Of a stretch of 64,000 nucleotides of DNA, positions 29,789 through 39,998 are shown piece after piece. The notes under the pieces are model-generated. The model did no database searches and was not told the DNA's origin. It worked only from the letters and a program-made list of their open reading frames with translations. Origin of the DNA: an uncultured Acidobacteriota bacterium (GTDB lineage: Bacteria; Acidobacteriota; Vicinamibacteria; Fen-336); the NCBI GenBank assembly GCA_964574335.1, contig CAZNNH010000001.1:2928-66927 (forward strand), written 5' to 3'. The translations under genes and the position numbers were made by a program. The first letter of the stretch is position 1, and each line of letters starts with the position of its first letter.

Positions 29789-30343
29789 CTACCACCAGAC
29801 CTTCAGGCTGAGCCCCGCACCTCCCGGCACCGCCGTCGGCAGCACCGACACCCGAGAGAACCGGCGGGTGAAGACCAGGTTCCCGGCGATCCCGATCGCC
29901 GCACCGGCAATCACGTCGCTCGTGAAGTGGTGCTTCGACTCCACACGGCTCCAGGCCACGAATGTGGCCGCGGCATAGGCGGGAGCCCCATACCCCCAGC
30001 CGTACCGCCGCTGCTGGAACGCTGCGCCGGCGAAGGCGCTGGCCGAGTGGCCGCTCGGGAACGACATGCTGCCGCCGTCGGGCCGCGCTCGATCGATGGT
30101 GGGCTTCAGGATGTAGACGACGGCCATCGCGGCGCCGTAGGCTTTGGTGAGCTCGAACACCCCCTTGCCGTCGTGGTGGGCGGCCGCGACCACGAGGCCT
30201 GAGGCCGGCAACAGGATCGAGCCGATGTCCCCGAGCCGCGACACGGTGTCGGCGGGAGCGACCGTCGCGCCGACGAGACTCGCCAGGATGACGACCATCG
30301 GGGCCAGCGCGCGACGCTTCAGCCGCGTTCCCCTGCCGTTCAT
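29789..30343 (-). CDS. PAP2-family phosphatase (LpxE-like)
   Basis: K....RARP, SFPSGHS, SRV...HHF.SD motifs; TGATG coupling to the kinase gene. Confidence 0.9.
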   Translation of the reverse strand: MNGRGTRLKRRALAPMVVILASLVGATVAPADTVSRLGDIGSILLPASGLVVAAAHHDGKGVFELTKAYGAAMAVVYILKPTIDRARPDGGSMSFPSGHSASAFAGAAFQQRRYGWGYGAPAYAAATFVAWSRVESKHHFTSDVIAGAAIGIAGNLVFTRRFSRVSVLPTAVPGGAGLSLKVWW

Positions 30344-31719
30344 CACGCCGATCGCTCGAGGGGAAGGCGCACCACGAACCTGCAGCCGGTGGGACCGGTG
30401 TCCACGAGAGCGAGGGTTCCCCCGTGTGCCTCGGCGAAACAGCGAGCGATCGGCAGGCCGAGGCCGGCGCCGCCCGGCCGGCTGCGTGCGGCATCGACCC
30501 TGACGAAACGCTCGAAGATCCGCTGGCGGTCCTCGGGCGCCACCCCGGGGCCCTGGTCCTTCACCGCGATCTCGACCACCCGCTCCAGGATCGCCAGGCG
30601 GGCCTCGACGAGCCCACCCGTGGGGGTGTGCCGGACCGCGTTGTCGAGCAGGTTCATCAGCAGCTGCCGCAGGAGACGTTCGTCTCCACGGAAGGGGGTC
30701 TCGGTGGCGCCCGCGTACCGGACCTCCACGCCGCGCTGGCGGGCCAGCACGCCCGCGTCGCGCGCGCACTCGGCCAGCAGCTCGTCGAGGTAGAAGTCGG
30801 CGCTCTCGACCAGGAGGCCGTCGGCGTCGGCCCGGGCCAGCGTCATCATGTCGTCGACCATCCGGCCCAGGCGCCGCGCGTGCTCACCAATCACGCTGAG
30901 GGCATCGCGGTACTCCGGCTCGTCACGTCTCTCCCGGCCCAGCGTCACCTCCGCCGCGGTTCGCACGATCGACACCGGGGTGCGCAGCTCGTGCGAGGCG
31001 TCGGCCATGAAGCGTCTCTGGGCACGGAGCGCTCCGTCGAGCCGCTCGAGCAGGTCGTTGAAGGCCCGCGCCAGCACCGCGACCTCGTCTTCGGAGCGGG
31101 GCACCTGGAGGCGGGAGCCGGAGGTGCGCTGGGTGATCTGACGAGCCTGGCCAACCATCAGGCTCACGGGCTTCAAGGCCCGGCGGGCGATCCACCATCC
31201 GCCCGCCGCCGCCAGCCCCGCCGCCAGCGGGATGCCGACCAGGAGAGTCCGGCTCAACACCGCCTTCTCGGCGGAGAGCCGTCCCAGGGGCTCCGCCATC
31301 GCGATCTGGTAGTCGACGGCACCCCGGCTGTGGCGGAGGACAACGAGCCGCCATTCCTCGTCGCCGCTCGTCACCGTGGTCGTGCTCGACTCGCGGCCCC
31401 CGGCGGGCCCGGTCGCGACCCCGGCCAGGAGCGTCCCGGCGAGCCGGGCGCCGGTAGCGTCGTGGATCGAGAGGATCCGGCCCGGGGTCGCGAGCTCCTG
31501 GTACGTCTCCGGTGCCGCTTCGGCCAGGCTGGCCCCCTCCTCTATCTCGGTGTCGACACCCATCGCCACCATCGCCGCCGCGCGGCGCAGGTCCTGGTCG
31601 AGCTGGTCGAGCCGCAGTCGCGACTCCACGACGTACACCCAGGCCCCGAACAGCGCCAGGGCGACCACCAGCACCGTCGCGTAGAAGAGGGTGAGGCGAG
31701 CGCGGATGGTCAGCGCCAC
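30343..31719 (-). CDS. Sensor histidine kinase (HAMP-HisKA-HATPase; CusS-like)
   Basis: Two TM segments, FMADASHELRTP H-box, NLLDNA, D.GPG, GAGLGL. Confidence 0.95.
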   Translation of the reverse strand: MALTIRARLTLFYATVLVVALALFGAWVYVVESRLRLDQLDQDLRRAAAMVAMGVDTEIEEGASLAEAAPETYQELATPGRILSIHDATGARLAGTLLAGVATGPAGGRESSTTTVTSGDEEWRLVVLRHSRGAVDYQIAMAEPLGRLSAEKAVLSRTLLVGIPLAAGLAAAGGWWIARRALKPVSLMVGQARQITQRTSGSRLQVPRSEDEVAVLARAFNDLLERLDGALRAQRRFMADASHELRTPVSIVRTAAEVTLGRERRDEPEYRDALSVIGEHARRLGRMVDDMMTLARADADGLLVESADFYLDELLAECARDAGVLARQRGVEVRYAGATETPFRGDERLLRQLLMNLLDNAVRHTPTGGLVEARLAILERVVEIAVKDQGPGVAPEDRQRIFERFVRVDAARSRPGGAGLGLPIARCFAEAHGGTLALVDTGPTGCRFVVRLPLERSA

Positions 31720-32406
31720 CTACTCCTCCGTCTCGGCGGCGACCAACTGGTAGCCTTCGCCGCGGCGGGTGCGGATGACCGAAGCCCGCCCCGGCACGTC
31801 GAGCTTGCGACGCAGGCGTTGCACATACACGTCGATGACGTTGGAGAGGGGATCGTAGCTCTCGTCCCAGACGTGCTCCGAGATCTCGGCGCGCCCTACC
31901 ACCGCCCCCGCGCGACGCGCCAGGCACTCGAGCAGCGCGTACTCGCGCGCGGTCAGCGTCACCTCCTGGCCGGCCCGCAACACCCGCCGGCCCCGGGTAT
32001 CGACCTCCAGGTCCCCCACCGCCAGACGCTCCGGCAGGGGTGGCCGGGCGCCTCTGCGTAGGAGGGCGCGGAGGCGCGCCAGCAGCTCGCGAAAGTCGAA
32101 GGGCTTGTTGAGGTAGTCGTCGGCGCCGCTGTCGAGGCCCGTGACTCGGTCCTCGACGTCGTCGCGCGCAGTCAGCATCAGGATGGGCACCTCGAGCCCC
32201 TCTTCCCGGAGCTGCCGGCACACCTCGAAGCCGTCCCTTCCCGGCAGCATCACGTCGAGGATGACGGCGTCGTAGTCAGCCAACGTGGCCTGGTCGCAGG
32301 CGGCCGGGCCGTCGGCGGCGACGTCGACCGCGTAGGCGTGCTCGCGCAGGCCGCGGGCCAGCATTCGGGCGGCGTCCGGCTCATCCTCGACGAGCAGCAG
32401 CCTCAC
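31720..32406 (-). CDS. OmpR-family response regulator
   Basis: LLVEDE, ILDVMLP, GADDYLNKPF, winged helix with IRTRRGEGY. Confidence 0.95.
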   Translation of the reverse strand: MRLLLVEDEPDAARMLARGLREHAYAVDVAADGPAACDQATLADYDAVILDVMLPGRDGFEVCRQLREEGLEVPILMLTARDDVEDRVTGLDSGADDYLNKPFDFRELLARLRALLRRGARPPLPERLAVGDLEVDTRGRRVLRAGQEVTLTAREYALLECLARRAGAVVGRAEISEHVWDESYDPLSNVIDVYVQRLRRKLDVPGRASVIRTRRGEGYQLVAAETEE

Positions 32407-32966
32407 TTCTCGTCCGGCGACTCCTTGACCTCGAGCTTCGGCCCCTTGATCACCTTGCCATCGGCGGTGACCTCGATCTCGCCGCCCTTGGCGAGCTCCG
32501 CCTCGTACACGTGCTGGGCCGGCGTCACCGGCACCAGGCGCCCCTTGCCGTCCGTCTTCTCGATCCTGGCCCGGACCTCCGACCTCTCCACCTCGCGGAC
32601 GTCCTTGGTCCCGGCCGCCTGGCGGATCATCGCGGCGGCGGCCTCCGGCACGTCCGTGAGGGGGACGATCGTGGCGACTTCGAGCACCGTGCCATCCTCC
32701 GCCACCTCGATCTCACCCCCCGCCTTGAGCTCGATGTCGTAGAGCTTGACGCCAGCCTCGTCCTCGACGTCGATCTTGTCGATCTCGGCCCCCGGGCAGT
32801 TGGCGTCGAGGGCCGTCAGCACCGCGGCCGGAAGCCGGCTGCGGTGGGGGTCGGCCCTGGCCTGCGCCGACACCCATGCCGGAGCGAAGGCCACCAGCAG
32901 CGCCAGGGCGGCCAGCACCGTCCCAGGGTTCTCGTCTCTCGTCATCATCATGTCATCTCCCTTCAT
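32403..32966 (-). CDS. Periplasmic PepSY-like/BLIP-like protein
   Basis: Signal peptide and duplicated LPAAV...YDIEL...GEIEV..DG.V repeats. Confidence 0.7.
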   Translation of the reverse strand: MKGDDMMMTRDENPGTVLAALALLVAFAPAWVSAQARADPHRSRLPAAVLTALDANCPGAEIDKIDVEDEAGVKLYDIELKAGGEIEVAEDGTVLEVATIVPLTDVPEAAAAMIRQAAGTKDVREVERSEVRARIEKTDGKGRLVPVTPAQHVYEAELAKGGEIEVTADGKVIKGPKLEVKESPDEK

Positions 32967-33170
32967 CTTCCCGCGAACGGCGGGGGCTTGTCCTGCCGCC
33001 GTCGATCGCCCTCACCCTAGCAGGAGTTGGATGAACGGAAGATGACAGCCCGGCGTCCGCGCCCCCCTCTCCCGATTTTCTTCGCGTCAGCCAACCCTCC
33101 GCGAGCTTTTCGGTCTAACCTCTCTAGGAGAGACGTCGGCACGTCGTCCCCGTCCCGAAAGGAAGAACCC

Positions 33171-34217
33171 ATGCACACGCCTCGCCTGGTCGCGGCCATC
33201 GCCGTTCTCGCTTCGGGGTTGTCCCTCCCGGCCGGTGCCGCCGACGGCCCCTACCGTCTGCTGAAGGAGATCTCCATAGGCGGCGAAGGGGGCTGGGACT
33301 ATCTGTCCGTCGACGTTGCCGCCCGCCGCCTCTACGTGTCGCACGCCACCAAGGTCGTGGTCATCGACATCGATCGGGACGTGGTGGTCGGGGAGATCGC
33401 CCCGGCGCCGGGCGTGCACGGCATCGCGCTGGCCCCCGACCTCGGCCGCGCCTTCGTCAGCAACGGCCGGGAGTCGACGGCCAGCATCGTCGAGCTGAAG
33501 ACGCTGCAGATCGTGGGCACGGTGAAGACGGGGGAGAACCCGGACGCCATCCTCTACGAGCCGGTGCACCAGGAGGTCTACGCCTTCAACGGCCGCGGCA
33601 AGTCCGCCACCGTCTTCGACGCCAAGACCGGCGACGTGCGCGCCACCATCCCGCTCCCCGGCAAGCCCGAGTTCGCCGTCTTCGACGAGAAGGCGGGGCG
33701 CATCTACAACAACATCGAGGACGCAAGCCTCCTCGTGGCGATCGACCCCGAGAGCCACTCGGTGGTGGCGACCTGGCCGATCGCGCCGGGCGAGGAGGCG
33801 TCGGGCCTGGCCTTCGACCCGGAGGGCCGGCGGCTCTTCGTCGGCTGTGGCAACCGCCAGATGCTGATGGTCGACGCCACGGACGGCAAGGTCCTGGCCA
33901 GCGTGCCGATCGGACCCGGGGTCGACGCCAACGCCTTCGACCCCGGAACCGGCCTGGCCTTCGCGTCGAGCAGCGACGGCACCCTGACCGTGGCTCGGCC
34001 GGAGGGACGGGACAAGCTCACCGTGGTGCAGACGCTGGCGACCCCGAAGCGGTCGCGCACGATGACCCTCGACCCGAAGACGCACCGGCTCTACGTCTCC
34101 GCCGCCGAGTTCGCGCCGCCGGCCCAAGGACCCGACGGCAAGCCGCGGTGGCCGCAGGTGCTTCCCGGGTCGTTCAGGGTCGTGATCTACGAGATGACGG
34201 GGCCAGCCAACCCGTGA
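33171..34217 (+). CDS. YncE/YVTN-family beta-propeller protein
   Basis: GGEGGWDYL, VHGIALA, GENPDAILYEP, PGKPEFAV, RSRTMTLD. Confidence 0.9.
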   Translation: MHTPRLVAAIAVLASGLSLPAGAADGPYRLLKEISIGGEGGWDYLSVDVAARRLYVSHATKVVVIDIDRDVVVGEIAPAPGVHGIALAPDLGRAFVSNGRESTASIVELKTLQIVGTVKTGENPDAILYEPVHQEVYAFNGRGKSATVFDAKTGDVRATIPLPGKPEFAVFDEKAGRIYNNIEDASLLVAIDPESHSVVATWPIAPGEEASGLAFDPEGRRLFVGCGNRQMLMVDATDGKVLASVPIGPGVDANAFDPGTGLAFASSSDGTLTVARPEGRDKLTVVQTLATPKRSRTMTLDPKTHRLYVSAAEFAPPAQGPDGKPRWPQVLPGSFRVVIYEMTGPANP

Positions 34218-34263
34218 GCCTGCTCCATCTGGTGCCATAATCTGGAAGCGACCCCAACGCACC

Positions 34264-35694
34264 ATGAGGAACTCGGCTCCAAGGGTAGGTAGGATCGTCC
34301 TGGTCGGGGCGTTGGCGCTCTTCGCCGCCTGCGTTCGCTTCCACCCCGAGCCGCTCTCGCCGGACCGGTCCGCCGACCAGTTCGAGGCCCGCACCCTGGA
34401 CGCTGCCGGCCTCCGCTCGTACCTCGAGGCCACCACAGGGCACCCGCTGGAGGCCTGGCCGCTGCCCGCCTGGGACCTCTCCAGCCTGACCCTGGCTGCC
34501 TTCTACTACCAGCCCGACCTGGACGTGGCCCGGGCGCAGCTCGCGGTGGCACAGTCCGGAACACGGACCGCCGGCGAGCGGCCCAACCCGTCGATCGGAC
34601 TGACCCCCGGCTACAACGTGACCACCCGGACGCCGTCTCCCTGGATCCCGGTGGGGGTGCTCGACATCCCGATCGAGACCGCGGGCAAGCGCGGCCATCG
34701 GATGGCTCAGGCCCGGCATCTCTCCGAAGCCGCCCGGCTCACCCTGGCGTCGGTGGCCTGGCAGGTGCGCGGCCGGGTCCGCGCCAGCCTGGTGGCCTTG
34801 CAGTCCGCCCGTGGCACGGCCGCGCTGCTCCAGGAGCAGCAGGCGCTGCGGGACGAGATGGTCCGGCTGATGGAGCTGCAGTACCAGGCCGGCGCCATCT
34901 CGGGCTTCGATCTTCGGCTGGCCCGCATCGCCGCCGACCAGGCGCGGCTCTCCCGGCATGATGCCGAGCGCCGGCTTCTCGAGGCCCGGGTGGCGCTGGC
35001 CGACGTGCTGGGGGTGCCGGTGAGCGCCCTCGGTGATGTGGAGATCTCGTCGGCCGGGATGGGCTCGGCGCCTCTTCCGGAGCAGCTCCAGGACGCCCGG
35101 CGCCGGGCGCTCGTCTCTCGTGCCGACCTGCTTTCGGCGCTGGCCGAGTACGCCGCCAGCCAGTCGGCGCTGCAGCTCGAGATCGCCAAGCAGTACCCCG
35201 ACATCCAGATCGGTCCCGGCTACGAGTACGACCAGGGGGACGACAAGTGGTCGCTGGGCTTCACCCTCAGCCTGCCGCTCTTCAGCCGAAACCGGGGCCC
35301 GATCGCCGAGGCCCAGGCGCGGCGGCGCGAGGCGGCGGCCCGCTTCGAGGCGCTGCAGGCGCGGGTGCTGGCCGACGTCGACCGGGCGCTCGGCGGATAC
35401 ACCGCGGCCCGGCGCCAGCAGGCCGACGCGGAGGCGCTGCAGACGGAGCTTTTGCGCCAGCAAGAGGTGGCGGTGGCGAAGCTCGAGGCCGGCGAGATCG
35501 GCAAGAGCGAGCTGCTCGGCCAGCAACTGGAGCTGAGCCTCTCGAAGCTCTCGCGACTGGAGGCGCTCACCCGCTCGCTGCAGGCCCTGGCGGCGCTCGA
35601 AGACGCGCTGCAGAGCCCGCTCGGGGTGCCCGCCTCGTCTTGGGAAGCGCCGCCTCGCCTCGCCTCGACGACCCCGGGGGGTTCGACGCCATGA
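34264..35694 (+). CDS. TolC-family outer membrane factor
   Basis: Lipobox FAAC, two OEP repeats (PDL..ARA; EIAKQYPDI.IGPGY). Confidence 0.9.
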   Translation: MRNSAPRVGRIVLVGALALFAACVRFHPEPLSPDRSADQFEARTLDAAGLRSYLEATTGHPLEAWPLPAWDLSSLTLAAFYYQPDLDVARAQLAVAQSGTRTAGERPNPSIGLTPGYNVTTRTPSPWIPVGVLDIPIETAGKRGHRMAQARHLSEAARLTLASVAWQVRGRVRASLVALQSARGTAALLQEQQALRDEMVRLMELQYQAGAISGFDLRLARIAADQARLSRHDAERRLLEARVALADVLGVPVSALGDVEISSAGMGSAPLPEQLQDARRRALVSRADLLSALAEYAASQSALQLEIAKQYPDIQIGPGYEYDQGDDKWSLGFTLSLPLFSRNRGPIAEAQARRREAAARFEALQARVLADVDRALGGYTAARRQQADAEALQTELLRQQEVAVAKLEAGEIGKSELLGQQLELSLSKLSRLEALTRSLQALAALEDALQSPLGVPASSWEAPPRLASTTPGGSTP

Positions 35695-36761
35695 AGAGAG
35701 TCCCGCTGATCACGGCCGCCCTGGCCGTGGTGGTGCTGTCCAGCCTGGCCTGGGTGCTGCTGCGCCGGGCCGCTTCGGATCAGGAGGAGGCCGGTGTGGA
35801 CACCGTGGTTGCGGTGCGCCTCGGCCAGATCCAGCGCACCACGCTGCGGGCCTACGTGACGGCCTACGGGGTGGTCGAGCCCGAGCCGGCCGGGGCCCGC
35901 CCCGCCGCCGGCGCGCGGGTCACCGCCGCGGTGCCGGGCGTGGTCACCGAGGTCCGGTGCGTGGAGGGGCGCGCCGTCTCGAAGGGCGCCGTGCTGTTCC
36001 AGCTCGACAGCCGGGTGGCGGACGTGGCCGTCTCGAAGGCGCAGCAGGCGGTGGAGCTGGCCGAGACGACGCTTGCGCGGGAGCAGAAGCTGATCCAGGC
36101 AGAGGGCACGTCCCAGAAGCGGCTGGTCGAGGCCGAGTCGGCGCTTTCGGCGGCGCGCAGCGACCTGGCGGCGGCAGAGGCCCAGCGGTCGCTGCTCCGG
36201 GTCGAGTCCCCGCTGGCCGGCACCGTCACCCGGGTGAGCGTCGGGCCGGGCCAGGGCGTCGACCCGACCACGGTCCTGGCCGAGGTGGTCGCCCTCGACC
36301 GGCTGGTCGTCAACGTCGGGGTGCCGAGCGCCGAACGGGCCTCGGTCCATTCGGGAGCGACCGCCGAGGTCGTGGTGACCAACTTTCCGCCGCTCCAGGG
36401 CTCGGTCAGCGCCATCAGCCCCCGCGTCGACCCGGCCACCGGCACGGCGCCGGTGCGGGTCTCGCTGCCGGCCGGCTCCGGTCTGCTGCCCGGGCAGACG
36501 GCTCGGCTGCGCATCGTCAGCGAGGAGCACCGCGACTGCCTGGCGGCGCCGGCAGGGAGCGTGGTGAAGGACGAGAGCGGAGCCACCGTGGTGGCCCTGG
36601 TCCAGGACAACATCGCACGGCAGACGCCGGTGAAGACCGGCCTCCACGACGGTGACTGGATCGAGGTCGAGGGTGCGGGTCTGGCGGCCGGGATGGCGGT
36701 CGTCACCGAGGGCGCCTTCGGCCTGCCCGCCGAGACCAAGGTTCGCGTGTTGGCCCCGTGA
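35691..36761 (+). CDS. RND efflux periplasmic adaptor subunit
   Basis: AVPGVV....G..V.KG..LFQLD, SPLAGTV, PRVDPATGT. Confidence 0.9.
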   Translation: MKRVPLITAALAVVVLSSLAWVLLRRAASDQEEAGVDTVVAVRLGQIQRTTLRAYVTAYGVVEPEPAGARPAAGARVTAAVPGVVTEVRCVEGRAVSKGAVLFQLDSRVADVAVSKAQQAVELAETTLAREQKLIQAEGTSQKRLVEAESALSAARSDLAAAEAQRSLLRVESPLAGTVTRVSVGPGQGVDPTTVLAEVVALDRLVVNVGVPSAERASVHSGATAEVVVTNFPPLQGSVSAISPRVDPATGTAPVRVSLPAGSGLLPGQTARLRIVSEEHRDCLAAPAGSVVKDESGATVVALVQDNIARQTPVKTGLHDGDWIEVEGAGLAAGMAVVTEGAFGLPAETKVRVLAP

Positions 36762-39700
36762 CGAGCGCCCTGGGTCGGCTCAGCCTGCGCCACCGGCCGG
36801 CGATCGCCTTCATCACGGTGGCGCTGTGCCTGGCCGGCGTCTACTCGGCGCTGCGGACGCCCTCGTCGGTCTTCCCACAGACCGACTTCCCCCGTGTCGT
36901 GATCCTGGTCGACAACGGGGTGATGCCCGCGGGCGAGATGATGGCGAGGATCACCCGACCGATCGAGGAGTCCTTCAAGGACCTGCCCGGCTCGCGCGAG
37001 GTCCGCTCCACCACCGGGCGCGGATCGGCCGAGATCAGCGTCTTCTTCGACTGGCAGGTGGACATGGTCGAGTCGGAGCTCTACGTCCAGAGTCGCCTGG
37101 CCCAGATCCGCTCGGAGCTCCCGCCGACCGTGAGCACCAGCGTCTGGCGGCTGACCTTCTCGGCCTTCCCGATCATCGGGGTCAGCCTGACCGGTCCGGG
37201 GCGCAGCCAGACCGAGCTGTGGGAGACCGCCCGCTACGAGCTCAAGCCCCGCCTGCTGCGCATCCCCGGGGTGGCCCGGGTGGACCTGGTGGGGGGGCGC
37301 AGCCCCGAGTACCACGTGCTGGTCGACCCGCAGCGGCTGCTGGCGGCCGGCCTGAGCCTGCAGCAGGTGACCGAGGCCCTGGATCGCAACAACCTGGTGG
37401 CGCCCACCGGGATGCACGAGGAGAGCTACACGCTCTTTCTGACCGTGGTGGACGGACGCCTCCACGATGCTCAGGAGATCGAGGACCTGACCGTGGCCGT
37501 GTCGGGCGGCCACCCGGTCCGGATTCGCGACTTCGCGCGCGTCGAGCGCGGTCCCGAGCCGGTCTTCAACGTGGTGACCGCCGAAGGGGTACAGGCAGTG
37601 CTGCTCAACGTGCGTAGCCAGCCCGACGGCAGCACCCTCGAGATCGCGCGTGGCGTGGCGCAGGTGCTGCAGGAGGCCAAGCAGGACCTGCCCAAGGACC
37701 TGCACCTCGCCTACTACTACGACCAGTCGACCTTCGTGCGCGACTCCGTCGGCAGCGTTCGCGACGCGATCCTGTTCGGCCTGGTCCTGTCGGTGGTGAT
37801 CATCTACTTCTTCCTGAAGGACTGGGGGATCACCCTGACCGCCATCGTGGTGATCCCGGTGACGGTCCTGATCACGCTCTTGGCGATGAAGCTGGCCGGG
37901 CTGAGCTTCAACCTGATGACCCTGGGCGGTATCGCGGCGGCCATCGGCCTGGTGATCGACGACGCCATCGTGGTGGTGGAGGCGGTCTACGCCAAGGCCG
38001 CCGCCGGCCTGCCGCGCCTCGAGGCGATCCAGGCCGGGATGGGCGAGATCGTGGGGCCGCTGGTCGGCTCCACCCTCACCCCGGTGGTGGTCTTCATCCC
38101 GCTGGCGTTCCTGGAGGGGATCACCGGCGTCTTCTTCCGCGCGCTGGCGCTCACCATGGTGGTGGCCCTGCTGACCTCGCTCCTGCTGGCGGTGCTGGTG
38201 ACGCCAATGCTGGCCGCTTTGCTGCTGCGCGATCGGCCCCCGCTAGCCGGGGAAGAGGCGGCGCGCCGCGCGGAGGGCGGCTTCCTGCTGCAACGCCTGC
38301 TGCGCCTGTACGAGGTGGCGGTGCTCTGGGCGCTCCGCCACCGCTTCTTGACGGTGGGGGCGTGCGGGCTGGTGCTGCTGCTCGGGGTGGGCGTCTACCG
38401 TAACCTGGAGAGCGAGTTCCTGCCGCCCCTCGACGAGGGCGGCTTCGTGATCGACTACGTCGCCCCCTTCGGCACCAGCCTGGCCGAGACCGACCGCCAG
38501 CTCCTGCAGGCCGAGGAGATCCTGCGCAAGACCCCCGAGGTGGAGAGTTACTCGCGCCGCACCGGCGCCCGGCTGGCGCTCTCGATCGCCGAGCCCAACA
38601 CCGGCGACTTCCTGGTCAAGCTCAAGCCCGACCGCGAGCGGGAGACGGGCGCCGTCATCTCCGAGCTGCGCCGCCGCTTCCAGGCGGCCCTGCCCGGCAT
38701 CGAGTGGGAGTTCCCGGGCATCCTCTCCGACCTGATCGGTGACCTGATGTGGGCGCCCCAGCCGATCGAGATCAAGCTCTTCTCCACCGACGTACGCTTC
38801 CTGGAAGAAGAGGCGCCCAAGATCGCCGAGCAGGTCAAGCAAGTGCGGGGCGTGGTGGACACGCTGGACGGGCTGGTCTACGCCGGTCCCAGCCTGAGCC
38901 TGCGGGTGCGTCACGCCGAGGCCGAGCGCTTCGGCCTGACCGCGGACGACGTGGGCGCGGCGCTTCGGACGGCGATGCTGGGGCAGACCGCCTCGTCGGT
39001 GCTGGAGGGGGATCGGGTCATCGACGTCCGGGTGCTGGCCGAGCGCTCCGAAGTCGATCGCATCGCTCGGCTGCGCGAGCTGCCGCTGCGCACCCCCGGC
39101 GGGGGCGTCATCAAGCTCTCCCAGGTGGCCGAGATCGAGGAGACGCCGGGCCAGTTGGAGATGCACCGGGAGGGGCTGCGGCAGAATGTGGCCATCACGG
39201 CCCGCCTCGAGGGCCGCGACCTGGGCAGCGCGATGGCGGAGATCCGGGATCGGCTGAGCCGCGACACCTCGCTGCCGCCCGGAGCGATCGAGTACGGAGG
39301 GCTGTATCAGCAGCAGCAGGAGGCCTTTCGCAACCTGCTGATCGTGCTGGCGATGGCGGTCTTCCTGGTCTTCACCGTGCTGCTGGTCGAGTTCGGGTCG
39401 TTCTACGAGCCGCTGGCCATCGTCGCCGGCGCCGTGCTGGCCCTGTTCGGGACCGAGCTGGCGCTGTGGATCACCGGCACATCGCTCAACGTCGTCTCGC
39501 TGTTGGGGGCGATCATCGGGGTCGGCATCGTGGCCAAGAACGGGATCCTGATGCTGGACCTGGTCGAGCACCTGCTGGCCAGCGGCCAGAGCCTGGAGCA
39601 GGCGCTGGTCCACTCCGGCCATCGCCGCCTGCGCCCGGTGCTGATGACCTCGATGGCGGCGGCCTTCGGGATGCTGCCCCTGGCCTACGGCATCGGCAGC

Positions 39701-39895
39701 GGCGCCGACATGCTGCGGCCGTTGGCCATCGCCGTCATCGGCGCGCTCTCTTTCTCGGTGCTGCTGTCGCTGCTGGCGACGCCGACCGTCTACTACCTGC
39801 TGGTGCGCGCTACGGGAGGCGCCCGCCGTCTGACGGCCTCGGGGGACACGATCCCGAATCCCCGGCCACCGCAGGATTCGGGTCATGTCCCCTAG
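36758..39895 (+). CDS. RND efflux permease (AcrB/CusA family)
   Basis: 1045 aa, GLVIDDAIVVVE, FLP.LDEG, RRLRPVLMT, two TM blocks. The stop codon lies inside a REP-like palindrome. Confidence 0.95.
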   Translation: MTSALGRLSLRHRPAIAFITVALCLAGVYSALRTPSSVFPQTDFPRVVILVDNGVMPAGEMMARITRPIEESFKDLPGSREVRSTTGRGSAEISVFFDWQVDMVESELYVQSRLAQIRSELPPTVSTSVWRLTFSAFPIIGVSLTGPGRSQTELWETARYELKPRLLRIPGVARVDLVGGRSPEYHVLVDPQRLLAAGLSLQQVTEALDRNNLVAPTGMHEESYTLFLTVVDGRLHDAQEIEDLTVAVSGGHPVRIRDFARVERGPEPVFNVVTAEGVQAVLLNVRSQPDGSTLEIARGVAQVLQEAKQDLPKDLHLAYYYDQSTFVRDSVGSVRDAILFGLVLSVVIIYFFLKDWGITLTAIVVIPVTVLITLLAMKLAGLSFNLMTLGGIAAAIGLVIDDAIVVVEAVYAKAAAGLPRLEAIQAGMGEIVGPLVGSTLTPVVVFIPLAFLEGITGVFFRALALTMVVALLTSLLLAVLVTPMLAALLLRDRPPLAGEEAARRAEGGFLLQRLLRLYEVAVLWALRHRFLTVGACGLVLLLGVGVYRNLESEFLPPLDEGGFVIDYVAPFGTSLAETDRQLLQAEEILRKTPEVESYSRRTGARLALSIAEPNTGDFLVKLKPDRERETGAVISELRRRFQAALPGIEWEFPGILSDLIGDLMWAPQPIEIKLFSTDVRFLEEEAPKIAEQVKQVRGVVDTLDGLVYAGPSLSLRVRHAEAERFGLTADDVGAALRTAMLGQTASSVLEGDRVIDVRVLAERSEVDRIARLRELPLRTPGGGVIKLSQVAEIEETPGQLEMHREGLRQNVAITARLEGRDLGSAMAEIRDRLSRDTSLPPGAIEYGGLYQQQQEAFRNLLIVLAMAVFLVFTVLLVEFGSFYEPLAIVAGAVLALFGTELALWITGTSLNVVSLLGAIIGVGIVAKNGILMLDLVEHLLASGQSLEQALVHSGHRRLRPVLMTSMAAAFGMLPLAYGIGSGADMLRPLAIAVIGALSFSVLLSLLATPTVYYLLVRATGGARRLTASGDTIPNPRPPQDSGHVP

Positions 39896-39995
39896 CCGGC
39901 CCATCCTTGGGCTGCCGGCGGATTCGGGTCACACGGCCAGGGGGACACGATCCCGAATCCGCTGGCCACCGGCGGATTCGGGTCATGTCCCCTAG
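39842..39995. repeat. REP-like palindromic doublet between convergent genes
   Basis: Two copies (39842-39895, 39941-39995) of GGGGACACGATCCCGAATCC-N12-GGATTCGGGTCATGTCCCC-TAG, with a half copy (ggcggattcgggtca) between them. Confidence 0.85.
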
Positions 39996-39998
39996 CCG

